DNA of 64,000 nucleotides, taken from the IMG/VR virus record IMGVR_UViG_3300012012_001194, positions 37,504 through 101,503 of that record. The stretch is one strand, 5' to 3'. The position numbers and the translations under genes are program-made. The notes beneath the pieces were generated by a model. It saw only the letters and a list, made by a program, of their open reading frames with translations, was not told the DNA's origin and made no database searches. How positions within the stretch are numbered: the stretch's first letter is position 1; each line of letters starts with the position of its first letter. Origin of the DNA: a virus. Shown here piece by piece: positions 54,039 to 62,257 of the stretch.

Positions 54039-54255
54039 CCCAGTCTAAAACCTCTCCAGATCCCCTACCCTGGAGACCGAATTGGAACTTAATCCAACAG
54101 CAGGCCAGCAAATTGAGCGTAATACTGCCCGCCCCTCCTGCCATACCTAATCAGCTTTCGCCATGGTACGGGTTCCGAGTCTGTAGAACAGGCTTCCTGC
54201 CATTCGTCTATCAGTACCTAACCAGTTGACGCCCTCAACTAAGTCCTAGACTGGG
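54039..54255 (-). ncRNA. Candidate 217-nt structured RNA closed by a 13-bp terminal stem
   Basis: Minus strand 5' CCCAGTCTAGGAC pairs with 3' GTTTTAGACTGGG (2 G-U), followed by TTTTT; several internal hairpins. Confidence 0.55.
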
Positions 54256-54354
54256 CCCGTATTGTTCCAGAATCCCATCTAAAAGTCTATCATAAATAAT
54301 AACATGGTTACATAGCGCAATCTCTTTTGTCCTCAAAGTCATGCCCAAACAGCT

Positions 54355-54918
54355 TTATGCCTGTTGCAGCCCCTTTTTAGAGAACACCATGCCGTTGTTT
54401 TTAAAGAACTCTCGCTTCATTGTGCTTACATTTTTTGCTGTGTTCGTAAGCACTGGGCAGAATGTAAACCCATACCTGCTAAATAGATCTACCCAGTAAT
54501 CTGCAGACTTACAGTTAACGTGGTGATGCCCCCGCTTACCTGGAGGAGCAAAGGTCATGAACACATAGTTAGCTGCCTGCATTAACTGCATATAGTTGTC
54601 TTCAAACTTACTTTCTACATGCTCCACAAACTCACAAGACCATATCATGTCTACTCGCTTATAACTGTAGGGGCCTTGAGTAAAGTCATGAAGAATAAAC
54701 CAGTCGTCAGTTCTCTGAAGCGTGAAATCTCCGTCTATGCCATAGGCTTCTATGCCTCTAGCTCTAGCTGCCTCTACCATTCCGCCAGTGCCGCAGCCCA
54801 CATCTAATAGCGTGGTTACCCCTAGCTTGTTCTTGGCGTATAGAAGCAGGCCTACGTCTATATGTGTTACGTTAGCATGCCCGCCGAGATGATTAGGTAA
54901 CTTGCTGGTTGAGTTCAT
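54355..54918 (-). CDS. Class I SAM-dependent methyltransferase
   Basis: LLDVGCGTG, CEFVEHV, G.HHVNC...YW. Confidence 0.85.
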   Translation of the reverse strand: MNSTSKLPNHLGGHANVTHIDVGLLLYAKNKLGVTTLLDVGCGTGGMVEAARARGIEAYGIDGDFTLQRTDDWFILHDFTQGPYSYKRVDMIWSCEFVEHVESKFEDNYMQLMQAANYVFMTFAPPGKRGHHHVNCKSADYWVDLFSRYGFTFCPVLTNTAKNVSTMKREFFKNNGMVFSKKGLQQA

Positions 54919-54949
54919 GAGGAAAGTGCTTTCTAATTAGGCACTTAGG

Positions 54950-55759
54950 TTAAAGTGCGCCAGGGGGCATGTAAGGAAACTCATCATCGCCGTCTTCCGT
55001 ATCAGCGTCCTCTAGGTCGCTTAGCTCCCTAAAGATAAAGCTAGCCTTGCTAATCATATCTAAGCGAGGAAGCTTAGGGAAGATTAGGCGCATAGCCTCT
55101 TTAATCCTACTAACATTACGAGTAATCATGCAGTCATCAGGGGAGTTGAGCCCTATCTCTACGATGATCTCCATGTAAGGAGCCTCAGGCTCATCATCAT
55201 AACCAGAATCTAATAAGTCCTTATCATCATCGTCATCATCGTCCTCATCATCGTCATCAGAGTCTTCAAAGGTAATATCCCCAATATCGTAGTGCTCGCT
55301 ATCACTATCAGAATCGCTCTCTCCTGGCTCGCCCTCTTGTCCCGTCTCGCCTTCTAAGCCATGGTCTACGTGCCATTCAGCTTCTTCCTCTTCGTCTTCT
55401 CGCCTGTGCCTCTCTATGCGAGCTCTGTGCTCCTCAAGGTCAGCTTCGGTTATGGTGTTAGACTCTTCGTCCCTCATAGTTACAGCTTGCATGAACAAAG
55501 GCCCAATCTTACCAGAGTCATCTTTGATCTGGGCAGAGGCGACTACCTTCTCAAAGTGCGCTACTAAGTCTTTTTGGGTTGTGAAGCCTGACTCAGACAA
55601 GATGTCAATGATCTTAGTAGAGTCATATACAGCAATGCACCCACTCTGAGGAGCGGGCACTACACCTACAAAGGCTTCGTCATAGCCTTCCATGAGCTTG
55701 ATGTCTGGATAAAGGCTCCTTAGCTCCTTCAACGTCATGCGAGCGGCGCGCTTTCTCAT
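54950..55759 (-). CDS. Hypothetical protein with very acidic (D/E) central tract
   Basis: 269 aa; N-terminal G.D.A..G.......AVYD..KI module. Confidence 0.7.
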   Translation of the reverse strand: MRKRAARMTLKELRSLYPDIKLMEGYDEAFVGVVPAPQSGCIAVYDSTKIIDILSESGFTTQKDLVAHFEKVVASAQIKDDSGKIGPLFMQAVTMRDEESNTITEADLEEHRARIERHRREDEEEEAEWHVDHGLEGETGQEGEPGESDSDSDSEHYDIGDITFEDSDDDDEDDDDDDDKDLLDSGYDDEPEAPYMEIIVEIGLNSPDDCMITRNVSRIKEAMRLIFPKLPRLDMISKASFIFRELSDLEDADTEDGDDEFPYMPPGAL

Positions 55760-55761
55760 AG

Positions 55762-58692
55762 CTATTCTTCCTCATCTTCAGGTAGTTCATCCGACCCCTT
55801 AGAACTCATAGACATAGACAGGGCTATGGCAGCCGGGACGCTAATACCGCCAGCTATTAAAGCCTTTTGTAGCGAAGTCAGTCCAGCCTTTGCTGCATTA
55901 GCCTGTGCGCTGGCGCCTGCCCCGTCTTGAGCATTAGGGGTGTCAACTCCTTTAGCCTTTAACAGAGCCTTCAAGTTTGATATGGCATTCATAGGATTTA
56001 GCTTTGACTTTGTCTCTGGGCTAAATTGACGATAGGCGACCCCTGCTGGATACGCCGCTGTGTACCCCAAGTCACTAATGCCATAACCTACAGGGTTGAG
56101 CATGCCAGAACCCAAGTTGTAAGCCCCTTCACCTACCGACTTAACAAAGTTGGGTGAGGGCCCCGGCAACGGGGGCTTTGGAGGATTAAACTTCCCAGCC
56201 ATTTCTTTAGCAAATTGCTGCGCTCCGGTAAGTGCCTTAGGGGCTGCCTTGACTGCGTTAGGCAATACCTTAGGAGCAAGGGAGGCAGCCTCCCTTGGAA
56301 TAAGCAGGTTAGCAAGGCCCTTAGCAGCATTAGTGCTTCCTTGGCTGATGCCTCTGGCCATCATGCCCACGCCAGGCGCTAAAGTGGCCCCAAGAACATC
56401 ACCATAAGGGTCACGGTTATCACGGTTAATATACTGCCCCATACCAGGTCCGCCTGCTGCGCCGTAGACTGACCCCTTTGCTATACTGTTGGCTAACGTC
56501 CATTGTGGAGTAAGACTCATAGCGCCGTATATCGGGGCTAGCACTGCTGATAAGCGACTGCCTTTACCCGCATCTGTTATAAGCTGACTCATAGTGCTAG
56601 GGCCGTTTAGCTCATAGTCCTTACCTCCTGACAAGGCCCCACTCACGGTAGATACGGCACCAGTCAATTTATCTCTCTCTGCCCTGAGCTGAGGTATCAT
56701 CTTGAGCCTAGCCGGGTCTCCTGATGCGATAGCTGCAGTTATGCTTTGATTGTATCCCTTGATCCTATCACCCTTCTCAGCCATAAAGTTGCCGCCATTG
56801 ATAACTTGATCGACATTACCAAGGTTTCCAAGTACCTTGTTAGTGGGCTTTCCAAAGTTAGCAAGTGCGTTAACCGTGTCAGCTGCTTCGCCTACAGGCT
56901 GTACAGCGCCTAGGCCAAAGTTCTCTTGAAAGTTGCGTACGGCGCTGTCTGATTGCCCAACCCCCGTCTGCCTAAAAGCATCAGCGCTACCAACTGCTGC
57001 GCTGGCTTCTCCGTTTCCAGTTAAAACATCGGCCCTGTACCTTAGCTGAGATAAGAGGCCTGGAGGTAAGGCTTTGATCTTATCTTGGTACTCAGGCGGT
57101 AGCATCTTAACTCTCTGCTCGAACGTACGAGAATCAAGTGTATTGCCTAAGACATTCATAAGATTTATTGGCTGGCCCCCCATAAAGCCGGGGATAGCTA
57201 CTGGCCCGAGGATCTCTTCGTGCTGCTTGTAGATTGATTCATCTAGGGTTTGGATCTTGCTGGCTATGGCTAGGGAGTTGGGATCCTTAGACTGCCTAAG
57301 CATATTAATCGTATCCGCCTTGCGAGCATAAGGCATGTTAAGCACGGCGTTAGACTGCTGCTCTGGGGGTAGCTGCGAGAAGTTGTTAGCCAACTGCTGA
57401 TTCTTAACATTATAGTTTAACTGTCGGCCTATAGTGTAAGGCGACTTGGGATCGGAGCTTGGAGCTGCGTCTAAATTGATTAGATTAAGCCCATTGGCGA
57501 ACTCTGCTATTGGCCTGTCAGGATCGTCGAATAACCTAGCTTTACTACCTGTCTCAAAGGCGCCATAAAGGTCCCCCTTAGCTGGGGCTGGCCCATTAGC
57601 GCCAAACTTAGACTCTAGCTTGTCTAGGAAGTAGGGAACTTCCGATGCGTCCATTGGTTTGGTAGGGAACGCTTTGTTATATTGTTCGGCAAACGCATTT
57701 ACTGCCGCAGGCTCATAGTTTTTACCTAGATAACCATTATAGTTTGTTTTTGTGTAGTTTGGAGAGTCAAGTGAGTAGTCAGCCGCTATCGTAGCCGGAG
57801 TAATGTTAGGCTTAGCCAAGGGGTTAGGAGTCGCAACAGGCGCAAAAGGATTAACAAAGGGTGCCGCTGGCTTAGCCTCAACAGGTGCCGTAGGCTGTGA
57901 CAGCATACTGGCCCTTGATACCGTTGCAGGCGCTGGTGCTGGCTGCTTAGTAGCTAAAGAAGAAGGTGGGCCCATCATCTCGGGCATAGAGGGAGCGGCT
58001 GGCATTGAAGGGGGCGCCAACATACTAGCCCTTGAGACAGTTGCGGGGGCTGGAGTTGGGGCTGGAGTTGGGGCTGGAGTTGGGGCTGCCGCTTCGTTTG
58101 TAGCCTCAGACTTATTCTTAATCATGCCTTTAAGCTTGTCGATACCAGTGGTGACTTTGTCCTTAACACCAGTAGCAACACTAGACACTTGCTTGCCTAT
58201 GTTAGAGAAGATATTGTCCTGCCCCTCAGGCGGCTTGAAGCCTTTAGCAATAGTACTGTACAAGTTCTTAGATGCGTCCATGATCTTGTTAGACGCTTCA
58301 GGTACGTAAGACTGCAACGTTGAGGCTAAACCGCTGAGGTCAGCTTGCTTGGTAGTGGAGACGTCTCCACTGCGTGTAGTGTACGGCCGCTCAGTGTACG
58401 CAGGCGTACGGTAGCCCTGTGTTTTTATGTAAGAAGAAGGTATGTAAGGGGTTACGTCGTCGAAGGAGGCTGATTTATTCACATTAGCACTTAACGGCCC
58501 TTTAAGCAACTCCGTTTGAGCTAAAAATCTATTATCTTCTCTTTGACCTAACCTCTTTGCTGGAGGGGGCTTAGCAGAAATGTCTTTAGGGCTTATCGAA
58601 GAATGTCGAAAAGATCCAGACTGACCTAGCCCACTGCCTAGTGCGCCTAATGTAGCAATAGCCGCTTGCTTACGGCTCTCTTTAAGGGACAT
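55762..58692 (-). CDS. Large A/P/G-rich protein (possible virion/ejection protein)
   Basis: 976 aa; KQAA/KSAS/KQA near the N-terminus; PAPT repeats; hydrophobic C-terminus. Confidence 0.7.
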   Translation of the reverse strand: MSLKESRKQAAIATLGALGSGLGQSGSFRHSSISPKDISAKPPPAKRLGQREDNRFLAQTELLKGPLSANVNKSASFDDVTPYIPSSYIKTQGYRTPAYTERPYTTRSGDVSTTKQADLSGLASTLQSYVPEASNKIMDASKNLYSTIAKGFKPPEGQDNIFSNIGKQVSSVATGVKDKVTTGIDKLKGMIKNKSEATNEAAAPTPAPTPAPTPAPATVSRASMLAPPSMPAAPSMPEMMGPPSSLATKQPAPAPATVSRASMLSQPTAPVEAKPAAPFVNPFAPVATPNPLAKPNITPATIAADYSLDSPNYTKTNYNGYLGKNYEPAAVNAFAEQYNKAFPTKPMDASEVPYFLDKLESKFGANGPAPAKGDLYGAFETGSKARLFDDPDRPIAEFANGLNLINLDAAPSSDPKSPYTIGRQLNYNVKNQQLANNFSQLPPEQQSNAVLNMPYARKADTINMLRQSKDPNSLAIASKIQTLDESIYKQHEEILGPVAIPGFMGGQPINLMNVLGNTLDSRTFEQRVKMLPPEYQDKIKALPPGLLSQLRYRADVLTGNGEASAAVGSADAFRQTGVGQSDSAVRNFQENFGLGAVQPVGEAADTVNALANFGKPTNKVLGNLGNVDQVINGGNFMAEKGDRIKGYNQSITAAIASGDPARLKMIPQLRAERDKLTGAVSTVSGALSGGKDYELNGPSTMSQLITDAGKGSRLSAVLAPIYGAMSLTPQWTLANSIAKGSVYGAAGGPGMGQYINRDNRDPYGDVLGATLAPGVGMMARGISQGSTNAAKGLANLLIPREAASLAPKVLPNAVKAAPKALTGAQQFAKEMAGKFNPPKPPLPGPSPNFVKSVGEGAYNLGSGMLNPVGYGISDLGYTAAYPAGVAYRQFSPETKSKLNPMNAISNLKALLKAKGVDTPNAQDGAGASAQANAAKAGLTSLQKALIAGGISVPAAIALSMSMSSKGSDELPEDEEE
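58354..58371. repeat. Dispersed palindrome copy 9 (18 bp)
   Basis: Inside the 976-aa gene, read as SGDVST. Confidence 0.95.
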
Positions 58693-58702
58693 GGATATAA
58701 CC

Positions 58703-58954
58703 TCAGATAGGGGAGACTAAGGGAACCATCTTGCCTTCACAGAGAACCACCTTGTCTGAGGCAACATCCCTGCAGTAGTCGATAAAGTGATCAAAGAACT
58801 CGGAAACAACCTGCTGCTCACCCAAGGGTACGGTACGCACCTTAACTCTAGCACGCAGGAAGTCTTGAACAACGTTGTCTAAAAAGGAATCAGCGCTCTC
58901 GCCATTGTAAAGCCTTAGCATTGGCTTCTCTAATGGGGTTCTTTTTTTAGCCAT
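58703..58954 (-). CDS. Hypothetical protein
   Basis: 83 aa, RBS GGAG. Confidence 0.6.
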   Translation of the reverse strand: MAKKRTPLEKPMLRLYNGESADSFLDNVVQDFLRARVKVRTVPLGEQQVVSEFFDHFIDYCRDVASDKVVLCEGKMVPLVSPI

Positions 58955-59333
58955 GGGACACAGCTCCTGTTATAGGCGCTGAAGTATCCAGCTGCCTTAT
59001 AGAGTTCTGCTGAAGGGATGGGAGCCCTCCAGTAATCGAAACGGTAGCGGTCAGATTGGGGACAGTACTGATCTGATTAAACGGAATACGCTCGCCATTA
59101 GATAGCAGCAGGCCTATCCCTTGATCAAGATACTCCATGCCTATGACTGGCTGCTCGCTTATCTTATTCTTACTAAAATCAACAAAGAGCCTTACAACGT
59201 CGGCTTGCTCTTTAGTAGTGGTTGGTTCTTTTAACCAGTGATCCATGAGCCACGTCAAGAGGTCTGGATCATTAGCTGTCGAAATGTTAAACCCAAAGCC
59301 TTCTTTCCAAGCTTTGATAGTATTAGCGTCCAT
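58947..59333 (-). CDS. Hypothetical protein
   Basis: 128 aa, RBS AAGGA. Confidence 0.65.
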   Translation of the reverse strand: MDANTIKAWKEGFGFNISTANDPDLLTWLMDHWLKEPTTTKEQADVVRLFVDFSKNKISEQPVIGMEYLDQGIGLLLSNGERIPFNQISTVPNLTATVSITGGLPSLQQNSIRQLDTSAPITGAVSHG

Positions 59334-59358
59334 TCTATAAGTCCTTTCTATTGATGAC

Positions 59359-59688
59359 CTATCGCATGTTTAGCTTCATAACAGTCAGCCCCACGGCAAC
59401 TATTAATGAGCCCAGCACTACATACTTATTAACATTGAGACCATAAAAAACAAGGGGAACAAGGTAATCAATCGATATTACCGAAAACTCCCAACAAAGG
59501 CTAAATAAAAAGATGCGCTCCTTGTTATCAATAAGCTTGATGCCTGATACCCATAAAGAAGAAACCATAATACCTATCACTATGGATAGCCATGGGTAGT
59601 ACCAGGCATTTCTTATGTTGTCGTCATAGCATAGAACTAGGGAGAGGGAATAAAGCGTCATGACAGCAAGAATGATAATCCATTCCAT
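59359..59688 (-). CDS. Small 4-TM membrane protein (DMT/SMR-like architecture)
   Basis: 109 aa, four hydrophobic helices. Confidence 0.6.
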   Translation of the reverse strand: MEWIIILAVMTLYSLSLVLCYDDNIRNAWYYPWLSIVIGIMVSSLWVSGIKLIDNKERIFLFSLCWEFSVISIDYLVPLVFYGLNVNKYVVLGSLIVAVGLTVMKLNMR

Positions 59689-59748
59689 ACCATTAGCACC
59701 TCATTAAAGATTAGTTACTTAGATCATACCCTAGATGAGGGAGTGGCT

Positions 59749-59800
59749 GATAGCTAAAAAAAGAACCAGAGGCTTACCCGTGAAGGTAAGCTTCTAGTTT
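59749..59800 (-). terminator. Intrinsic terminator T4
   Basis: AGAGGCTTACC-CGTGAA-GGTAAGCTTCT hairpin, U7 tract, TAGCTATC tail. Confidence 0.85.
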
Positions 59801-59950
59801 GGCCTGCTTCAACCGCTGATACTCAGCGGCCTCCTCCAACAGGCCTCTTATCGCCTCTAAAACACGAAGGGAACCTTCGTGATTCTGGTCCTCGTGAAGG
59901 GCGACGGCTGCGTCGCACTCTGCCTTTACCTGGTCCATTAAAGCTTCCAT
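59774..59950 (-). CDS. 58-aa acidic helical protein (cassette 4 cargo; below the ORF-track cutoff)
   Basis: MEALMDQVKAECDAAVALHEDQNHEGSLRVLEAIRGLLEEAAEYQRLKQAKLEAYLHG; RBS AGGAG. Confidence 0.65.
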   Translation of the reverse strand: MEALMDQVKAECDAAVALHEDQNHEGSLRVLEAIRGLLEEAAEYQRLKQAKLEAYLHG

Positions 59951-60035
59951 GTTAATCTCCTAAAGAATGAGTAGAACAACCCACAAAAAGTTCGTAGGTT
60001 TGGCCCCGTTTTTACAGGTACGGGTAACCATTATA

Positions 60036-60063
60036 TTATGACGCACTTAGAGGTTGAATTAAG
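60036..60063 (-). promoter_or_regulatory. Bipartite promoter-like motif P4
   Basis: TTATGACGC-N12-AATTAAG on the + strand. Confidence 0.75.
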
Positions 60064-60150
60064 CTGCGACGAAAAAAGGTCGCTGGCGACGAAACGTAAC
60101 TCACCCGTAACTCACCCGTAACTCAGATGCCTTGTTACGTGTTCGATGTG

Positions 60151-60168
60151 AGTGGAGACGTCTCCACT
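60151..60168. repeat. Dispersed palindrome copy 10 (18 bp)
   Basis: Intergenic, between T5 and P4. Confidence 0.95.
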
Positions 60169-60172
60169 AGCT

Positions 60173-60228
60173 GATAGATAAAAAAAAGACACATGAGACC
60201 GGGGTTTAACCCGGTAACCTCATGTATC
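60173..60228 (-). terminator. Intrinsic terminator T5
   Basis: ACATGAG..CCGGG/CCCGG..CTCATGT hairpin, U8 tract, TATCTATC tail. Confidence 0.8.
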
Positions 60229-60806
60229 CCTCTTTGTGGAAGTTTCATCCACACCCACTTATCTACGGCTGGTTACCGCCCACTGTTCTTAGGCCGTGGG
60301 GCCTGAGAGTAATAGTTGCAGTTTATAGTCATGCCAAGGACTTGCAGTGTTAGCCACTCACTGTAAGGCGGTGAGACGCCGAGCAAGTTAACGTCCTGCT
60401 CAAGACGTGCACCTCACTAAGATGCCGATAAATTCTACGCCAGTAGTTACTTGGCATAGTGTGGAAGTTTCATCCACATCCGTCCCCGGCCGGTAGCCGC
60501 CCATCTGTTGAGTCAGTGGGAACCTGCAGTTTAACGTCATGCATGGACGCCCGCGATAAACTTTAAGTGAAGCAGTTTAACGTCCTGCTCAAGACGGAAG
60601 GAATTTACATCCTTCTTTGGAGACACTTCCCACCAATAGGGGAGGCTAGCCTGCAAGAATTCGTGTTCTTGCCTACCAGAGACTTTATGCTAGCCGTGTC
60701 TCTGGCGGTTCCTATTGCAGCACCAATCTGACCGGAACTATCAGTTGGGCTCCCGAAACAACTTGTTTAAAGTCCTTCTCGGGTAGGACCGATACCTATC
60801 GGTATC
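60180..60806 (-). ncRNA. Candidate ~620-nt structured ncRNA with duplicated pseudoknot/hairpin modules (cassette 5)
   Basis: No ORF of 60 aa or more; bounded by P5 and T5; four GTC..GCA.GAC.TAA.CTGC-type pseudoknots; two TGTGGATGAAACTTCCACA hairpins. Confidence 0.7.
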
Positions 60807-60813
60807 CATTATA

Positions 60814-60841
60814 TTATGACGCGTTTGTAGGTCGAATTAAG
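60814..60841 (-). promoter_or_regulatory. Bipartite promoter-like motif P5
   Basis: TTATGACGC-N12-AATTAAG on the + strand; overlaps the cupin stop. Confidence 0.75.
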
Positions 60842-61202
60842 CCTTGATGCCGCCTATGTCTGTACGCACAATGTCGTGCTCCGATAGCTCAGACCAGTAG
60901 ATCTCTAAAGCTTCAGTCTCTTCTAAAGCTTCAAACTTATGGTTCAAGCCAGGAGGTATCTTAATGCACTCGGTAGGCCTAAGCGTGATGGTGCTCTTTG
61001 TAGTGCCATCTGGGTTGTAGCAGATAACCACTAGCTTACCTGAGACTATATAGAATTGATTCCACTTATGCTGGTGAAAGTGATTAGAGCAGTATCCACC
61101 TTTGAGGATATGTATGTGGCAGATCTGAAAGGAGTTATCCAAATGAATGATATGGTTTCGGCCCCATAACTTCTCTTCTTGTCGTACAGCTAGAACGTCC
61201 AT
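60837..61202 (-). CDS. Cupin-fold protein
   Basis: KLWG, CSNHFHQHKWNQF, IPPG..HKF.A.E...LE. Confidence 0.8.
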   Translation of the reverse strand: MDVLAVRQEEKLWGRNHIIHLDNSFQICHIHILKGGYCSNHFHQHKWNQFYIVSGKLVVICYNPDGTTKSTITLRPTECIKIPPGLNHKFEALEETEALEIYWSELSEHDIVRTDIGGIKA

Positions 61203-61205
61203 GAG

Positions 61206-62246
61206 TTAGCCCTCTATAATCTTCTTCCATGCTTTGTTAAAGCTAGCTCTCTTAGTCTTTCTACTCAGCTTAGTTCGCTTGTTCATGCCCGCTAGGCGGT
61301 TATCAATTGCAATCGTAGCCGACTCTATAAACTGAACCGCATCAGGCTTAGCGAACATAGGCCCATTGGGGGCCCCGCCAGCATCACACGGCACTAGCAT
61401 TCCGTTGATGCCGTCTATGATTATATCAGACATAGGTGGCATGTCATAAGCAATAACTGGTGTTCCCATGTATAACGATTCTATACCTACAAGGCCAAAC
61501 CCCTCGATCTCAGCAGGCCACAGTACTAGGTCATGTGCTCCATACAGCAGCAAGGAGCTTACACAGGTCGACGTATCAATCACAGCCGCTATCTTCTTGT
61601 TCTTATGTAGGAAGTGGCGAATCTCCTTAAGTACATTCCACGACATGCACTTAGGGCTATACGAGACAGTAATAGAGGCATGAGGGCACCTAGCGCTCAC
61701 ACCCGTCAGAATATCAAATAAAGAATCCAAATCACAGCGCAGTCCTTGGCTTGCGTGCAATGGCACCAGCACCTTAGGATTCTTAACATTGACTCCGCTA
61801 CTTGACTTTCTAGTAACAGGCAGCGGGCTGTCCCACGCTATGGTTGATACGTTGCTCAGCCTGTACTCTTTCTTAAGCAACTTAGCTACATCGGCACAAG
61901 GGGCTACCGTGTGGGCGCACATCTTAAATGACTTCTTAGTATACCCTGGGAGGCAGTCCCATGGCGCTAAGGCTATGGTAACAATGTTCTTACCTACTGC
62001 CTGCACTGACTCCTTAGTGGGAGGCACAGGCCATATGATATGAGTAATACCTTTAAGCCACCTAGCATAAGTCATCTCTTTTGGGGTGACAACCATAGAG
62101 TCCCACTCACAGCCATAGACATGGCTCTTCCTTCCAGTGCTGAATAAGGTGGTCTCGTATCCCATGCTACGAAGAGAGTCAGATAGGCGTAGAGCTGCAT
62201 AAACTGCATCGTGAGGCTTGTACTGAACATCAAAGCCTATCTTCAT
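61206..62246 (-). CDS. GT-B (family 4-like) glycosyltransferase
   Basis: EGFGLVGIES...GTPVIAYD.PP..D.I..G.NG.L. Confidence 0.82.
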   Translation of the reverse strand: MKIGFDVQYKPHDAVYAALRLSDSLRSMGYETTLFSTGRKSHVYGCEWDSMVVTPKEMTYARWLKGITHIIWPVPPTKESVQAVGKNIVTIALAPWDCLPGYTKKSFKMCAHTVAPCADVAKLLKKEYRLSNVSTIAWDSPLPVTRKSSSGVNVKNPKVLVPLHASQGLRCDLDSLFDILTGVSARCPHASITVSYSPKCMSWNVLKEIRHFLHKNKKIAAVIDTSTCVSSLLLYGAHDLVLWPAEIEGFGLVGIESLYMGTPVIAYDMPPMSDIIIDGINGMLVPCDAGGAPNGPMFAKPDAVQFIESATIAIDNRLAGMNKRTKLSRKTKRASFNKAWKKIIEG

Positions 62247-62257
62247 TAGGAATCCTG

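Noticed and set aside
54039-54255. RNase P RNA
   Set aside because: AGACGAATGG and ACAGA echo RNase P 3' motifs, but the GAGGAAAGTCC P4 strand is absent and the order is wrong.
58044-58086. 12-bp tandem repeat GGGGCTGGAGTT x3
   Set aside because: An ordinary coding PAPT linker expansion.
3414-60168. Palindrome as a cloning scar (it contains BsmBI and AatII sites) or a terminator
   Set aside because: It sits in frame within intact genes with variable natural flanks and has no loop or U-tract; an artefact is unlikely, though reads were not checked.
60235-60600. CRISPR mini-array interpretation of the repeats
   Set aside because: The repeats are of several kinds, irregularly spaced and structurally nested; there is no repeat-spacer periodicity and no cas gene in the window.
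60715-60792. Pistol ribozyme or tmRNA assignment for the cassette 5 RNA
   Set aside because: The stem-pseudoknot-TTAAA layout is reminiscent, but the pistol core (GCG and a GU site with P2 pairing) and a tRNA-like domain are not convincingly present.
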